64,000 nt of DNA from Callorhinchus milii (Eukaryota): assembly GCF_018977255.1 (NCBI RefSeq), contig NW_024704743.1, positions 24,616,001 to 24,680,000 on the forward strand, read 5' to 3'. Below are positions 1 to 12,152 of this stretch, piece after piece. Each line of letters begins with the position of its first letter. The stretch's first letter is position 1. Below the pieces are notes generated by a model, which was not told where the DNA came from, searched no databases, and saw only the letters and a list, made by a program, of their open reading frames with translations. A program made the translations under genes and the position numbers.

Positions 1-209
1 AGAACATGTTTAGTTGGAATTTTTATGCCTACAACCAAGAAAAGCTAGTCCAGGTTGTTCATGAAAGCTTTCCAGCTTTGGGGAAAAAAGTAAGGAATTG
101 CTATTAAGGTAGTGGCTCTAGTAGAGCAGCATAAGATGCATCAGCATAAACATCATTGGACGGACTGGCCTTTATCTGTGCTTTAAGTTCCACAAGATAA
201 TCCACTTCA

Positions 210-712
210 GGATTTTGAACTCAGAGTTTAGATTGACATTCCACTGTATGCGGGGGGGAGTATTGTATTGCGGGGTGTGTCTCCCTTCAGAAGAGATATT
301 GCTGTGCACAAATTGGCTGCCGCATTTACCCACAAACCTCACAGTTACTTCACTTTTACAATATATTATGAAGCATTTTGGGACGACCTCCTGACATGAA
401 AGACGCTATACCAAATGTAAGGATTATTATTATTAATAAACCAAGGTCCTGGCTAGTTTTTCAAGCAGATGTTAAAGATATTTAAGGAAGGAAGGAAGTC
501 TTGTCTTGTGTCCTGGTCAACAATCCCCAAATAAAAATTGGTCACTCACTTCATGGCTGATTCTTGACATTCATATGAACAAATTGACTGCTGTGTTCAT
601 CTGCAAATACACAGTCATTACACTTTACATTAAAATGCTACGATGGGCTTTGAAACATCACGACGATGTCATACGATGCTATCTCAAAAATGCAAGGATA
701 ATTATAATTTAT
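210..712 (+). mobile_element. degraded Deu-domain SINE with an extra SINE/L2-type tail inserted at ~300-432
   Basis: aaaccaaggtcc...gatgttaaagat motif; two caaatg(c/t)aagga(tta)n tails. Confidence 0.65.
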
Positions 713-1781
713 TTTTACAGAAATAGTGTCCAAATGATATCACTGTTGGCACATTCTTTGTAAATTAGTTACAATGTTTTCTATGTTTATTCAGCATTGT
801 ATTACATGAATGCTTTGGAAGTTCTAATCTAAACCAGAAATATTTTACTTTCAAAGCCTCGTCTTGTATCTTGAGTGTTGATGAGTGCATGCCTTAAAGA
901 GCTGTTTATTCCTTGGCAGCTGGTGCGATGATGTGTGTGAGTGCAGCAGCCTGTGACTATGCTGACAGAAGCATCTTGATTGTACTGGTGTCCATATAGA
1001 GTGTTGTAAGACTGAAGATCAGGAGGGACTCAGTTGAGACAATCTATGGCTTGTGTGAATGCATTGGAATAGGCGTGGAAAGCCTGCCGTTCATCTGTTG
1101 ATTTGCCTGAAACAGTTCTTCTTTGTTCACACAGTATAGCCACCTGTAAGGTTACGTTGCATGCAATGTAGATAGATTTAGTGTTTCTTTTCTAATTTTT
1201 TCCCCACTCTGTATTTGGTTTGACCTCCTCTTGCTGTTCTGTGGGTTTTGGCTGCCCTCCAGTACCTCACCATTCTTCGTGTGTGAACATTGGCAATGAG
1301 TGTCGGCAGACCCCTACTGTGGAGGGCATCATAGCCGAATGTGACCTTTCACACACCGCTGCCACAACTAGTAGAGGGTGCAAAAGAGGGACCAGAGGTG
1401 GGAGACCTGGCTGATTTTCCACTCTTTAATCCTAGGAAGTCTAGGGACAATTTAGTCTCATCAGTTCAGTAGAGGCCTAGACCAACAAACTCCGCATCGA
1501 GTTTCTGTTGTGTTATCGAATGAGATAAAGAAACCAGCAAACTCCTGTCATTCTATCGCAGAAATAGCTCTCTCCCATGCAGTTTTGGGGTTGCGCCACT
1601 CTGTGCTGGTTTTAATCAGTTCATAAACTCCATAGGTTTTGACCAAACTCCATTCTTAGCATGCAAGCCACCACTGAAAATAAGAGCTCATTGATAGAAC
1701 TGACTGATCACTGGGTAGTACTGAATTCTCCATTGATGTGTTTAAGAACAGATGTTGACCCACTTGTTCTTCCTATTCAAG

Positions 1782-1847
1782 GGTGAACCTGGAATTGATA
1801 GTACTATTCAAGGTCTAAAGGGAGAACGAGGAAACATAGGCCCGCCG
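1782..1847 (+). CDS. col6a4: collagen VI helix exon, 66 nt (GEPGIDSTIQGLKGERGNIGPP)
   Basis: caag|GGT...CCG|gtatgt; Gly-X-Y with a GID-STIQ-G imperfection of the kind seen in long collagen VI chains. Confidence 0.93.
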
Positions 1848-2454
1848 GTATGTTCACTTCACTTATCTTTTACATCAGAGTTTATATGTTTAGTAATTTT
1901 TAATGATTTTTTAAATAAGTTATTTTGACCCATAAGATATGGATTGGATTTAATAATATTGTTCTGCAGATGTTTAATGCAGTTGTGACTCTCTATGTAA
2001 TATGTAACAAAGCAATGCTCAGTTTAAGTGTGAGTTTTAGTCATAGTGATTTCAGTCCACAAACAATCGATTTATAATGTGGAGTACATGAGGGAGAATT
2101 GAAGAATGTGTGTGTCAGTGCTCCAAGATGCTATCTTGTGCGAAGTTACTGTGCAAGTTACTGTTGCTGTTGTTTTTGTGTGGAGTGAAAGGCTAGGCAG
2201 AGGCATTAAGATGGGTAGAGGCTGATGTGGAGGATAATATTGGCATGGACCAGTTAGGCCAAATGGCCTCTTTCGATGTTCTAGATTCTATGTCTGTCAA
2301 TTAAATTAGAAGCTACAGAGGAGATATTCTGTTCAACTATTACAGCTCCATTTAACAGAAGTTCAGGACTGTTTCTGCTACTGTTTATCCTATTGTTACT
2401 GAACAAGGTGTTACACATGCAGAGCTGGAATAACACAGAAAACTGTTTTTACAG

Positions 2455-2508
2455 GGTGATCCAGGAACTGATGGTACTCCAGGAATACGTGGTCCTGTAG
2501 GAAACCCT
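2455..2508 (+). CDS. col6a4: collagen VI helix exon, 54 nt (GDPGTDGTPGIRGPVGNP)
   Basis: tttacag|GGT...CCT|gtaaga; 6 perfect triplets. Confidence 0.95.
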
Positions 2509-2574
2509 GTAAGAAAATCTCCACTACCTTCGATCAGAGGGTTACAATTACACAGTAGTTGATTTCATTATTAG

Positions 2575-2872
2575 ATGCTGGCCTTCGGGTGAGATATTAA
2601 ATCAAGGACGCTTCTGTCCAGATGGATGTTAAAGCTCCCTGTGATGCTATGTGAAAAAGTAAAGGCAGTTTCTCAAGAGTCCTGGCTTACAATCCTCCAG
2701 ATAAAATTGATGGTTGACTTCATGACTGATTACGAGACATTGATTGATATGCACCAATTGACTACTGCTTTCACCTACAAACACATCTTCATTATACTTT
2801 AAAGCAATTCCCTGTGAGGCTCCTTGACACATTTTGATGATATAGGCAGTATATCACGTGCAATGATTATTT
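2575..2872 (+). mobile_element. partial Deu-domain SINE
   Basis: gagatattaaatcaagg...ggatgttaaagctccc...gtcctggc followed by the shared tail. Confidence 0.65.
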
Positions 2873-3413
2873 GTTCTTACTTATTTTAAAATAATCTCAT
2901 ACCATCAGTGGTAGAAGACATAAGAATAGGTGCCAAATGAGATGAACAACTATTATTTGTTGAGTGTGGTTGAAGCAAGTAACATCAATATAGAAAAAAA
3001 TTGAATGGAGACATGAGGGAGAAGACAACAGAGGGGTAAAATTGAGGGCATAGGATGATTGGGGACTCATGTGGGGTATAAATACTGACGGAGATTGGTT
3101 AGGCTGAAGCCTGTTTCAATGCTGTATCACTCTAAATAACTCTTATGTGCTCTGCTTCTGAAGTGGTGGGGGCAAAGAGAAGTGTTGCCTGTTGAAGAAA
3201 ATAAGGTCAGGAATCAATAGTAGGGATGGATGTACTGTATATTCTGAAATTTCTGTTTTATCTTTGGGGTTCAGGAAATCGCTAAACAGAACTTTCTCCA
3301 GGGCATGAGGTCCATGGTAGTTTTTTCTAAGCTAGAAGGGCTGATGGGCATTGATGTTACAAACGATTACCAAAATGATTGATTACAAATTTAATATCTT
3401 CCTTTTGCTTCAG

Positions 3414-3449
3414 GGAGTAGAGGGTCGTAGAGGACAATCGGTTGCCCAG
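3414..3449 (+). CDS. col6a4: collagen VI helix exon, 36 nt (GVEGRRGQSVAQ)
   Basis: cttcag|GGA...CAG|gtgagt; the fourth triplet starts with Val (GTT) instead of Gly. Confidence 0.9.
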
Positions 3450-3624
3450 GTGAGTTCTGTTCTGTTCTACATTCCTACGTTGCACGATGTTAGAAGTTTA
3501 GTTATTGCACCCTGTGTAATGCCAAGTTAAGCCTGGACAGGATTCCAGTGAAACTCTGAAACCTGGAAACTCTGCAGAAAGAAATTTCCTTGTTATCAAA
3601 TGATGTTTATCTCTTGACCCGCAG

Positions 3625-3687
3625 GGAGAGAAAGGCCAGCGCGGTGACAGAGGTCGTAAAGGTGATCCAGGAACCCGAGGCCTACCG
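3625..3687 (+). CDS. col6a4: collagen VI helix exon, 63 nt (GEKGQRGDRGRKGDPGTRGLP), contains RGD
   Basis: ccgcag|GGA...CCG|gtagga; 7 triplets. Confidence 0.95.
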
Positions 3688-4426
3688 GTAGGAATCAGTA
3701 ACAATTACTGTTTACAAATACCTGTGAACGCTCACTTTTCAAATACTGTAAATGAATTTACTCAGACAACTTTGTCTCATGTTCCAATTTCCCTGTTACT
3801 TGTGCAATAATGGTCAAATCGGATGGCTGAGCAAAACAAAGGTTAGACTGGATGTTTATTAAGATGAGGCTTTTTTTGGTTGAATGCAAAGTTGCATTAA
3901 ATGGATACTGGGTGTTTCTTGTTATTTCAAGACAAGATGCAAAATCTGACTCTCTCATCTAGAAAGGAGCACTGAGGTTGAATGCTACATTTTTCTCGTT
4001 CTCCGGTCCCTCTGAATCTTGCAGCTTCTTGTCAATGTGACAAGATTGTACATATGCATTCAACTATGCATCTATGTATACTGTATTTAAATACAGATAT
4101 TTTGTAATTTTTATCTGCCAAATCTAAAATGTAATATAACCCTAATAATTTATTGAATGTCTCAACTATTGGTAGTTTTTGTAGCTGTTAATAGAATTTC
4201 ACCATGTTGGGTATCACATAGAGATGGGAGTCACTTCACTGTCTTACGTGACAAACCAGCTTGGGATGTTTCTCATCTCTAAGCTAGATCACCATCCTTC
4301 CCAGTTCCAAGTTTCAAGCCCACTACACTGTTAGTGCTTGTAGGACTTGAGTACACTGTCAGTGCATCATATGCTCACTTACTCCACTTTGAAAGCAATG
4401 AGTGATTGATACTATTCACGTTGCAG

Positions 4427-4489
4427 GGGCAACCTGGTGGTTCTGGGATTCCTGGTCTTAGGGGAGAGCAAGGACATCGTGGTATTCAG
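4427..4489 (+). CDS. col6a4: collagen VI helix exon, 63 nt (GQPGGSGIPGLRGEQGHRGIQ)
   Basis: ttgcag|GGG...CAG|gtttgt; visible inside ORF 4406..4603. Confidence 0.95.
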
Positions 4490-4819
4490 GTTTGTATTCC
4501 AGATAAATCTTGGCGTCACTTATGTGAAGGTACATTGTATGATCATCTTTGTCAAATTGCAAAAATTCCCGAGAGACAATATAGAGGATATAGGTTAACT
4601 TAGCTTCTGGATGAATGTGAAGCATATGTCAGTCGTTCCTGTGTTTCTCTCCGCTTGTTCCCTGACTGGTGGTTACAGTGAGGAAAGGGGAAGTAGAAAT
4701 GTAGTTTAAAACTATAATATTCTGAAGGATTTCAATCTAGAAATGTAAACTAATAATTGTTCCTATGTTTTATTCTATTTTTTTCAATAAATTATTGCTT
4801 CTCTGCAGAGCTCCTCCTC

Positions 4820-6935
4820 AGGGTCTCCTTGAAGTTAGGCTGAACTGGCTCCAAGGTGATATGCTTGACAACAGAATGTCAGATTGAGCCAACCATCTGT
4901 GGTGGTTTGGCACATAAGGCAGGTGGGTCCACAGTACCCCAGGGCACTGCTGATGACAGCATTGATAGATTCAACTTGGAAGGGCAGACCAGTCACAGGT
5001 AGCAGGGATTCTTCCCACAGAACCCTGCAAGCCAAAACCATAATGGATCCGGTGGTCTTAGCTGGAGAAGCAGCAGGAAAGCTTGCTAGACAGTGCTTTC
5101 AATGACAGCTATATTATTTTAGCTGGTTAGACTCCAGAGGTACCTCAACACACACTCGGGGGCCCCCAAGTTTTGCCACTTGCCAATTTACATCATCAAC
5201 CTCTCCCTGTCATCTGGCACTGTTCCTACCCTCCTCAAAACAGCCACTATCACCCCCACCTTGAAGAAACTTTCCCTTGACCCATTACAGCTATCTAGCT
5301 ATCAGCCCATCTCTAATCTCCCCTTCCTATCCAAGGTCCTTGAGAGAGCTGTTGCCTCCCAGCTTCGCTCTTTCCTCTCCTCTCACTCCCTCCATGAACC
5401 CCTCCATGTCGGTTTCCGTGCGTCCACAGCATGGAAACTGCTCTGATCAAGGTCACAAATGACATCCTGACCATGTGTGACCAGGGCTCCCTCAGCCTCC
5501 TTGACCTCTTCGCTGCCTTTGACACTGTGGATCATTCAATCCTCCTCCATCGCCTCTCCTCCTACCTCAACCTTCAAGGTTCTGTCCTTGACTGGTTCAG
5601 GACTTACCTTTCACACCTCCTCCACTTCGTCGCAGCAAATGGCTTCTCCTCCAGCCCCCGCACTGTCTCGTGCGGTGTTCCTCAGGGCTCTGTCCTCAGT
5701 CCCCTCCTCTTCACCCTCTACATGCTCCCCCTTGGTAACATCATCCGCAGACATGGGGTAAATTTCCACATGTTTGCAGATGACACCCAATTCTACCTCT
5801 GCCTCCACCCTCAACTCCAGGACTACTGGGGTCCTGACCGACTGCCTGTCCAACAAGTTCTGAATGAGGGACAACTTTCTCCAATTTAACGTCAGCAAGA
5901 CCGAGGCCCATCTGATTGGCTCACGCCAGCGCCTCCGCACCTTGGGCGCTGGCAGCATCAGCATCCACGTCTGCATACTCAACCTCACTAAGCCAGTAAG
6001 GAACCTGGGTGTCTTGTTTGACCCTGAACTGTCCTTTCTCCCCCCACATCCGCGCCATCACTGGTACTGCCTACCACCACCTTCGCAACATTGCCAGACT
6101 CCGCCACTGCCTCACCCCTCAGGCTGCCGAGACCCTCATCCATGTATTCGTTACATCAAGGCACGATTACGGAAACTCCCTCTTCATCGGCCTTCCCAAC
6201 TCTTCCCTTCACAAGCTGCAGATCATCCAAAACTCTGCAGCTCGTGTACTCACACACACCGGGCTCTGTGACCCCATCACTCCCTCCCTCGCCCGACTTC
6301 ACTGGCTCCCCATCCCCCAGAGGATTGAATTCAAGATCCTCGTCCTCACTTTGAAGGCCATCCATGGCCTTGCCCCCTCCTACCTCTCTGACCTGCTGAC
6401 TCCCTACCAACCTGCCTGCTCCCTCCGTTCATCAGGCTCCGACCTGCTCTGTCTCCCGCCCGACCCGCCCTACCATCGGTGGCCGGGCTTTCAGCCTCTC
6501 TGCCCCCAAACTCTAGAACTCCATCACACGGTCCCTTCGCCTCGCTTCCTCCCTTGCATCCTTCAAGGCCGGTCTCAAGACCCTTCTCTTCAATCGTGCC
6601 TTTGTTCGGCCTTCCACCTCTCTGCCTTCCCTCACCTCTGCATCACCCCTCCCCCATGGTCGGGTCCCGACCCCTGACTGTTCAGTGCTCTGGGACATCC
6701 TCCCGATGTGAATGGGCTCCATAAATATAATTTTTTTGTTGTTGTTGTTTACACCTAATACTCTCTAGTATCAGATAAGTGGGATGCGACCCTCCAGCGA
6801 AACCGTGCATATTCCATTCCGAACACAGGAAACTTTCTGTGCAGGTGGCATAGATATATGGAACTCTCAGTCTGGTTTGGATGCTGGTTTGGTGATGGGT
6901 TTCAACATGTATTAGCCGCTCGTCTGATGAAAAGA
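4820..6935 (+). repeat. unclassified ~600-bp repeat (family X), split by an L2 insertion into 4820-5192 and 6748-6935
   Basis: the two halves join into the sequence seen uninterrupted at 56180-56740 and across the equivalent site at ~14500-14530. Confidence 0.75.
5190..6750 (+). mobile_element. 5'-truncated L2 LINE (RT region and 3' end), frameshifted
   Basis: ORFs with [35 protein letters not shown]; 3' stem-loop and (TTG)n tail; TTTACA on both flanks. Confidence 0.93.
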
Positions 6936-7439
6936 AAATGCTTAATGAAAATATAATTTAGTACAAGAAGCATACCATGGATGTGGCAATTGATAATCCC
7001 ACTCAAATCTTGCGCATCGCGGAATTCACTTCACCACATCCCAGATTGCAAATGTTGTCTTAGTGTAATATTTCTGGAAGACTTCTCAGTCATTCAAGTC
7101 CGAGCAACAGCATTAAACTTATTTTTTAACAAAAACAGCTGCAAGGGCAGCACCTGCGACTTGTTCACAAAGTAAATTATATGTTTCTAGTCTTCCTGTC
7201 ACTTGATACACCACATCATTAAGTCTGGACAGGGACAATAGCCAAGTTACCATGAGTTAATCATACATGTCTTTCACACTATACTGTATGAAAATAAGAA
7301 CATTTTGGCTTAAAACATTGTAGATTAAGATGAATGGATCTGACTTGCTCATGTAAATACTGTGTGCCTTTGCCAAGTCGTACTTAAACATGAACATATA
7401 AACATTAGCACGTTCTTTAAACCAGAATGTGTTCCAGTA

Positions 7440-7808
7440 GTAAATCAGGGACAAGTTCAGATAGATGTGAAATCATACATTTGGGAGGAAGAATAAGGAG
7501 AACAGGTATTATGTCAGGTGGTAAAATACTAAATGGAATGGAAGAGCAGAGTGACTTAGGGGTTAACTTCCCATGCCATGTACCAGACTTACCTGGCACC
7601 AACTTCTTAATCTAGGCTCTCATTCGAGGTTGCCTTGGCAAATAGATGCGTTTGCTGTAGCAAGTGAGATTAGATAGTTTTCTTTTAAGAAATGACACTA
7701 CAATACATAGGAAGTTTGGGACATATGTGCATGCAATTACCAGGAAGGTGGAAGGTGAACTAGATGGACCTTGGTCTTTTATCATTTAGAATTTCTTATG
7801 TTCTTATG
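7440..7808 (+). mobile_element. CR1 LINE fragments (RT end and 3' tail)
   Basis: DRCEIIHLGG...EQSDLGV motif; tail ...ttcttatgttcttatg. Confidence 0.7.
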
Positions 7809-7811
7809 CTG

Positions 7812-8200
7812 TGAAACCGCTTTCACCTCCAAGGTGCTTAGCGACAGGTCAGTGTAGACCTGAGCCCTCCCTTCCTGCAGCCGCTTCCCGTGTTTGCCAT
7901 AAATCCACCTTACTGCTTGATCGTGGATCAAATAGATTGGAGGAATCCCCTCTGCTCCGCAGGAGCTCAGATCCAAAGGAGGATGGTTTGCAGACAGATC
8001 TTGTATGCCACAAGCTTGACCTGCATTGGGAACTTGCTGACCTTGAGCAGGGATGAACATGACCAGATTGCCTTTTGACCCTTCTCATCGCAGTCCTTCA
8101 GGACAGTGTCCAAGTTAGTGTCCACCATGACCCAGAGGTACTGATAAGAGACAATAATTTGGACTGATGTCCATTGTACCATCCAGTCAATACCCTCAAT
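7812..8200 (-). mobile_element. old non-LTR retrotransposon RT-thumb fragment, clade not L2/CR1 and uncertain
   Basis: minus-strand frames give YQYLWVMVDTNL, KLVAYKICLQTILL, HDQAVRWIYG, DLSLSTLEV; second copy at ~26230-26530. Confidence 0.55.
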
Positions 8201-8564
8201 GGCTTCTCTTGGGCTGTGCAGAACCATGATTCCACACTTGGGAGCTACCCGCCACTATGTCCATAACATGATCCCCATCAAGGAGAAACAGCTGTTGTGC
8301 TAAATCCCCATCAACGAGAAACAGCGGCATCTGCTGACAGAAAGTGAATACTGTATGAACAAAATCCAGAATGCTGGATATATCTTTTACAAATAAGGCA
8401 ATGGTGTGGAAATTGTGACATTTCATAATATAATTCTCACTTTGAATCTGTTATGAAATGTCGTACTTTTTCATCCATTCCTAAAGACTACCCAAGGAAA
8501 TGAACACCAGGCAAAGTCGGCCCAATGATTTGATCTGAAGCTTAATTTAAAAGAATGGATGTAA

Positions 8565-8985
8565 ACAACAACAATAAAAACAACTTGCCAATACACAGAG
8601 CAGCGTTTCAGTGTGCTTAACGTTGGAGGAGCCTGACCCTGAGCCAGGGGGAGGGGACAAGTGACTGTAGAAAAGTTCTCAGAGGAAGGTCTTCAAGTGT
8701 GATCTGAAATTGAAAAAGGAGTAGGCAAGGCAGAGGGACTGAGGGACAGAGTTCCATAATTTTGGGGTGTAATGGCTGATAGCACGGGTGTCAGTGGAGG
8801 GGACGAGGGACTTGCAGGAGGCTGGAGCTAGTCGAGCAGAGGCAGTTGGTATAGAATGGGGATGGTGGAGGATGGCATGATCAACTGATCAACTATGTTA
8901 AATGCAGCGGACAGGTCCAGGAGGACAAGGAGGCAGAGGGAGCTCTGGTCACACAGAGAGAGGACGTCATTAGTGACTTGTACTA
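8565..8985 (-). mobile_element. degraded L2 fragments (3' end and an RT piece)
   Basis: starts with (caa)n tail; revcomp of ctcctggacctgtccgctgcattt and gtcactaatgac ([13 protein letters not shown]). Confidence 0.7.
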
Positions 8986-9152
8986 AAATCAACAGCACAA
9001 GTCACTAATGACTCGCTGTTAACCTGGTTGCTCCCGTTATCACGTCTTGCAGAAGTGTTTTTTGTTCTTTGTGTAATCATTGACCGTGGAACAATAAATA
9101 ATAAAGGAAACAAAGGTTCAACATCCAAATTGTGCGCACATCATTTCATCAC

Positions 9153-9470
9153 TAATAATAATAATAATAATCCTTGCATTTGATATAGCGCTTTTCACGT
9201 CGGGAGGACGTCCCAAAACGCTTCACAGAACACACTGTAAAGTGAATTGACTGTATATTTGTGGGCGAACGCGGCAGCCAATTGTCCCACAAACAGTTGT
9301 AGATTGAAAATGACCAATTTATTATTGTTTTTTTTTGTTTTTTGGAGGGATTATTATTAGGCGTGTGGAGTAAGGAAACTTGCCCAAGGTTTCGCCCTGA
9401 CCTGCCTGGAATTGAACTCAGGTCTCTCGCTTATAAAGCAAGTGCTCTAACCATTGAGCTACAGGACTCC
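9153..9470 (-). mobile_element. tRNA-headed SINE family A, short subfamily, young copy
   Basis: revcomp GGAGTCCTGTAGCTCAATGG...GAGTTCAATTCC (A/B boxes), CORE-like ccttgggcaagtt, L2-type stem-loop, (TTA)n tail; very similar to 54801-55121. Confidence 0.9.
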
Positions 9471-9788
9471 TAATTAAATAATAAAAATAAAGTTTCCTTA
9501 CACATACCTTCAGTTCTTGCTTCCATAATAAAAAATCCAACATTTTTTTGGCCATAATAATTGTGGGATTATAAGTATAGAACAAAAAGTTTGTTAGCAT
9601 TAGTAAGCCAATAGTGTGGTTGGAAATTCCCTTTGCAACTCTCAGTTTGACCTAAACCCTTGCAAAACGCATAATAGCTAGTTGCGAAGTACAGCATACA
9701 ATTTTTCTTGCCTCTGAGGCTAGTGACTTTGATAATGAATGACAGGTACTCATGCTAATCAATGCATTTTTTACCATTCATATGACAG

Positions 9789-9851
9789 GGTCCACCAGGG
9801 ATTCCAGGTCCTGATGGGGAGATTGGCAACTCTGGAGTCAAAGGACCAAAT
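9789..9851 (+). CDS. col6a4: collagen VI helix exon, 63 nt (GPPGIPGPDGEIGNSGVKGPN)
   Basis: gacag|GGT...AAT|gtaagt. Confidence 0.95.
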
Positions 9852-9964
9852 GTAAGTCGTGCAATGTATTTTTAGTCAGCCCACTCTAGTGGAAAACATA
9901 GAAATATGCATTTATTTATTGTTTTCAAAGTTAATAAAATTATGTGTAAAGAATATGAAATATG

Positions 9965-10485
9965 TGTGTCAGTTGGCTCAGTGGTAATGCTCTTGTCTCT
10001 CAGTCAGAAGGTTGTGGGTTCAAATCCCACATCAGGACTTGAACTCACATAGTCTAAGAATGACACTCCATTGCAGCGCTGGGAGAGTTTTGCATTGTCA
10101 GAGGTGCCTTCCTTTGGATGAAAAATTAAACCAAGTTTAATGGTGCACATTGGTGGAATGGTGTTCAGGTCGACATTAAAGATCCCATGGCTTTACTTGA
10201 AAAGAGAAGGGAATTTCTTCTGGTGTCCTGGCCAATATAACCCCAAATAAAATTGGTCACTCACTCCATAGCTGTTTGTGGGGCAACAACAAATTATATT
10301 TATGTGGTACCTTTCATGTCAGAAGGACGTTCCAAGGTGTTGACATTGCTGTGAGAAATAGGCTGCTGCGTTTTGCCCACAAAATACACAGCCACTCCAC
10401 TTTACAGCATATCCTGTGAAGCACTTTGAGATGTCTAAACGACGTGATAAGGCGCTATATCAAATGCAAGGATTATTATTATTAA
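9965..10485 (+). mobile_element. full-length Deu-domain SINE (SacSINE1/AmnSINE1-like core) with an antisense L2 tail inserted at ~10283-10340
   Basis: tRNA head tggctcagtggta...gggttcaaatccc; Deu core ggtgcc..ctttggatga...aaacc..caggt..cattaaagatcccatggc; shared tail. Confidence 0.85.
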
Positions 10486-10655
10486 TACTATTATTTTGCA
10501 TCATTCAGTGTTGATGAATCTTATGATCAATGAATTGCATTCAGAAAAAGAGTTCCAAACATTCTCTGGGGAGGGGCGAAATTCCTCCCTATTTCATTCC
10601 TCCTCCACCACATCAGTGTTGATTATTGATTAATGCTTTCAAAATGGTTTCACAG

Positions 10656-10718
10656 GGTCTGTTTGGAGATCCTGGTAAAAAAGGTGAGAGAGGACCAAGA
10701 GGAGCTCGTGGATTTGTG
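10656..10718 (+). CDS. col6a4: collagen VI helix exon, 63 nt (GLFGDPGKKGERGPRGARGFV)
   Basis: tcacag|GGT...GTG|gtgagc. Confidence 0.95.
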
Positions 10719-11297
10719 GTGAGCTGTTCTGCTTTTTCTTAAATGTTCAAGTTTCAGACCCGTCTTTAGACTGTACTAGTATATAAAAAATCATCAACAA
10801 AAACAAAATTGCACAAAGTTTCTTGCCCAGAAACCAGTCTGATAGGAAAGTATAATGGGCTGCGAATCAGCACGTTATTTGCAAAGCCCAAATACATAGC
10901 CACTTTGGTATAAGTAGTTCAGGATCACAGCGCAGTGACAGTGTCTATTTTTATCTTACTGGAATTTGGTCATCAGATCGGCCACTCTTCAGTAGAGTAA
11001 GCAGATTAGCAATTAAAAGATAAGTCGTTATATTGCTAAAAATGTTGCAAAGTGAGAATAATTGTACAGACTGCAAATCATACATTGATACTCAAAATGG
11101 AACAAGCTTGGAGTAATGTATGGTAAAAGTGAAACTGTTTATTGGATGAAACATCAAGGATAGTTACTTCTGGTTTGGGAAATGTGTTTAGATTTTGCAA
11201 TGTCATCAGACATAAAGGAAGCGAGTGAAAGAAAGTTAAGCTACTGTTAAGTTATGGTCAAACATTATAGAATTGTTATGCGTCTGTTTTTGCACAG

Positions 11298-11348
11298 GGC
11301 ATGGATGGCAGAGATGGATTTGGCTTTCCTGGATTAAAAGGAAAAAAG
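11298..11348 (+). CDS. col6a4: collagen VI helix exon, 51 nt (GMDGRDGFGFPGLKGKK)
   Basis: gcacag|GGC...AAG|gtaacc; 51-nt exon with the G-X-G imperfection typical of alpha3-alpha6(VI). Confidence 0.95.
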
Positions 11349-11859
11349 GTAACCAATTTACTGCTGATGTATATTTTAGTTTTGAAATATTTTTGTTATT
11401 TTGACTAAGCAGGATTGTTAAAGTGGTCTTTAGGTTTTAGGACCTGAATTTTACCTTGGCAAATCAGCATCAATGTTTTTTTTATTTATGCTAAGGTATC
11501 ACAATGTGTTCAATGTGATAATTATCTAGATTACCTTTGAATTTGTTTTCATCTAGAGGTCATAATCTAGACTGACAATCCAATGCAATGTACAACCTTG
11601 CTAGAGGTGCCAGCCTTTGAGACGTGAAACTGCCTGTCTCATCTGCCTGTTCAGGTGGATGTTAATCTTATCTTCTCAAAATCCAATCAACATCAATAAT
11701 TCTAAAATGCCCCAGCCTCCGAGAGGATATTGAGTAATTCAGATTTAGTGATAAGTGAAAACACTACTAAATAGTTTTGGCAAGGCTAAACACCAAAAGT
11801 TTAAATAATTTAGAAGTTGACATAATTTTACATTAAGATTAAAAACGTATCTTCTGGGG

Positions 11860-12148
11860 GAGTGCTGGATTGTCAAAGATGCTGTCCTTTGGATGATATG
11901 TTAAAGGGAGACCTTGACTGCTTGTTCAAATAGACAAGAGCTCCATGATACTATTCAAAAAGAGAAGTTAGATTCGCAATCCCCCTTATACAGTTGGTTG
12001 TTCATTTTATGGCTATTTGTGGGACTCTGCTGTGCACAAACTGGCTGCTGCATTTGCCTACAAATACATAGTCACTACACTCTACAGTTAATCTTGTAAA
12101 GCACTTTGAAGTGTTTAAACACCGTGATACATCAAATGCAAGGATTAT
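11860..12148 (+). mobile_element. partial Deu-domain SINE
   Basis: gctgtcctttggatgatatgttaaa followed by the tail. Confidence 0.65.
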
Positions 12149-12152
12149 TTGT

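Noticed and set aside
1368..1414. Gly/Arg-rich stretch RGCKRGTRGGRPG as a possible collagen exon
   Set aside because: Gly spacing is not a steady triplet, it runs into a stop, and there are no suitable AG/GT boundaries
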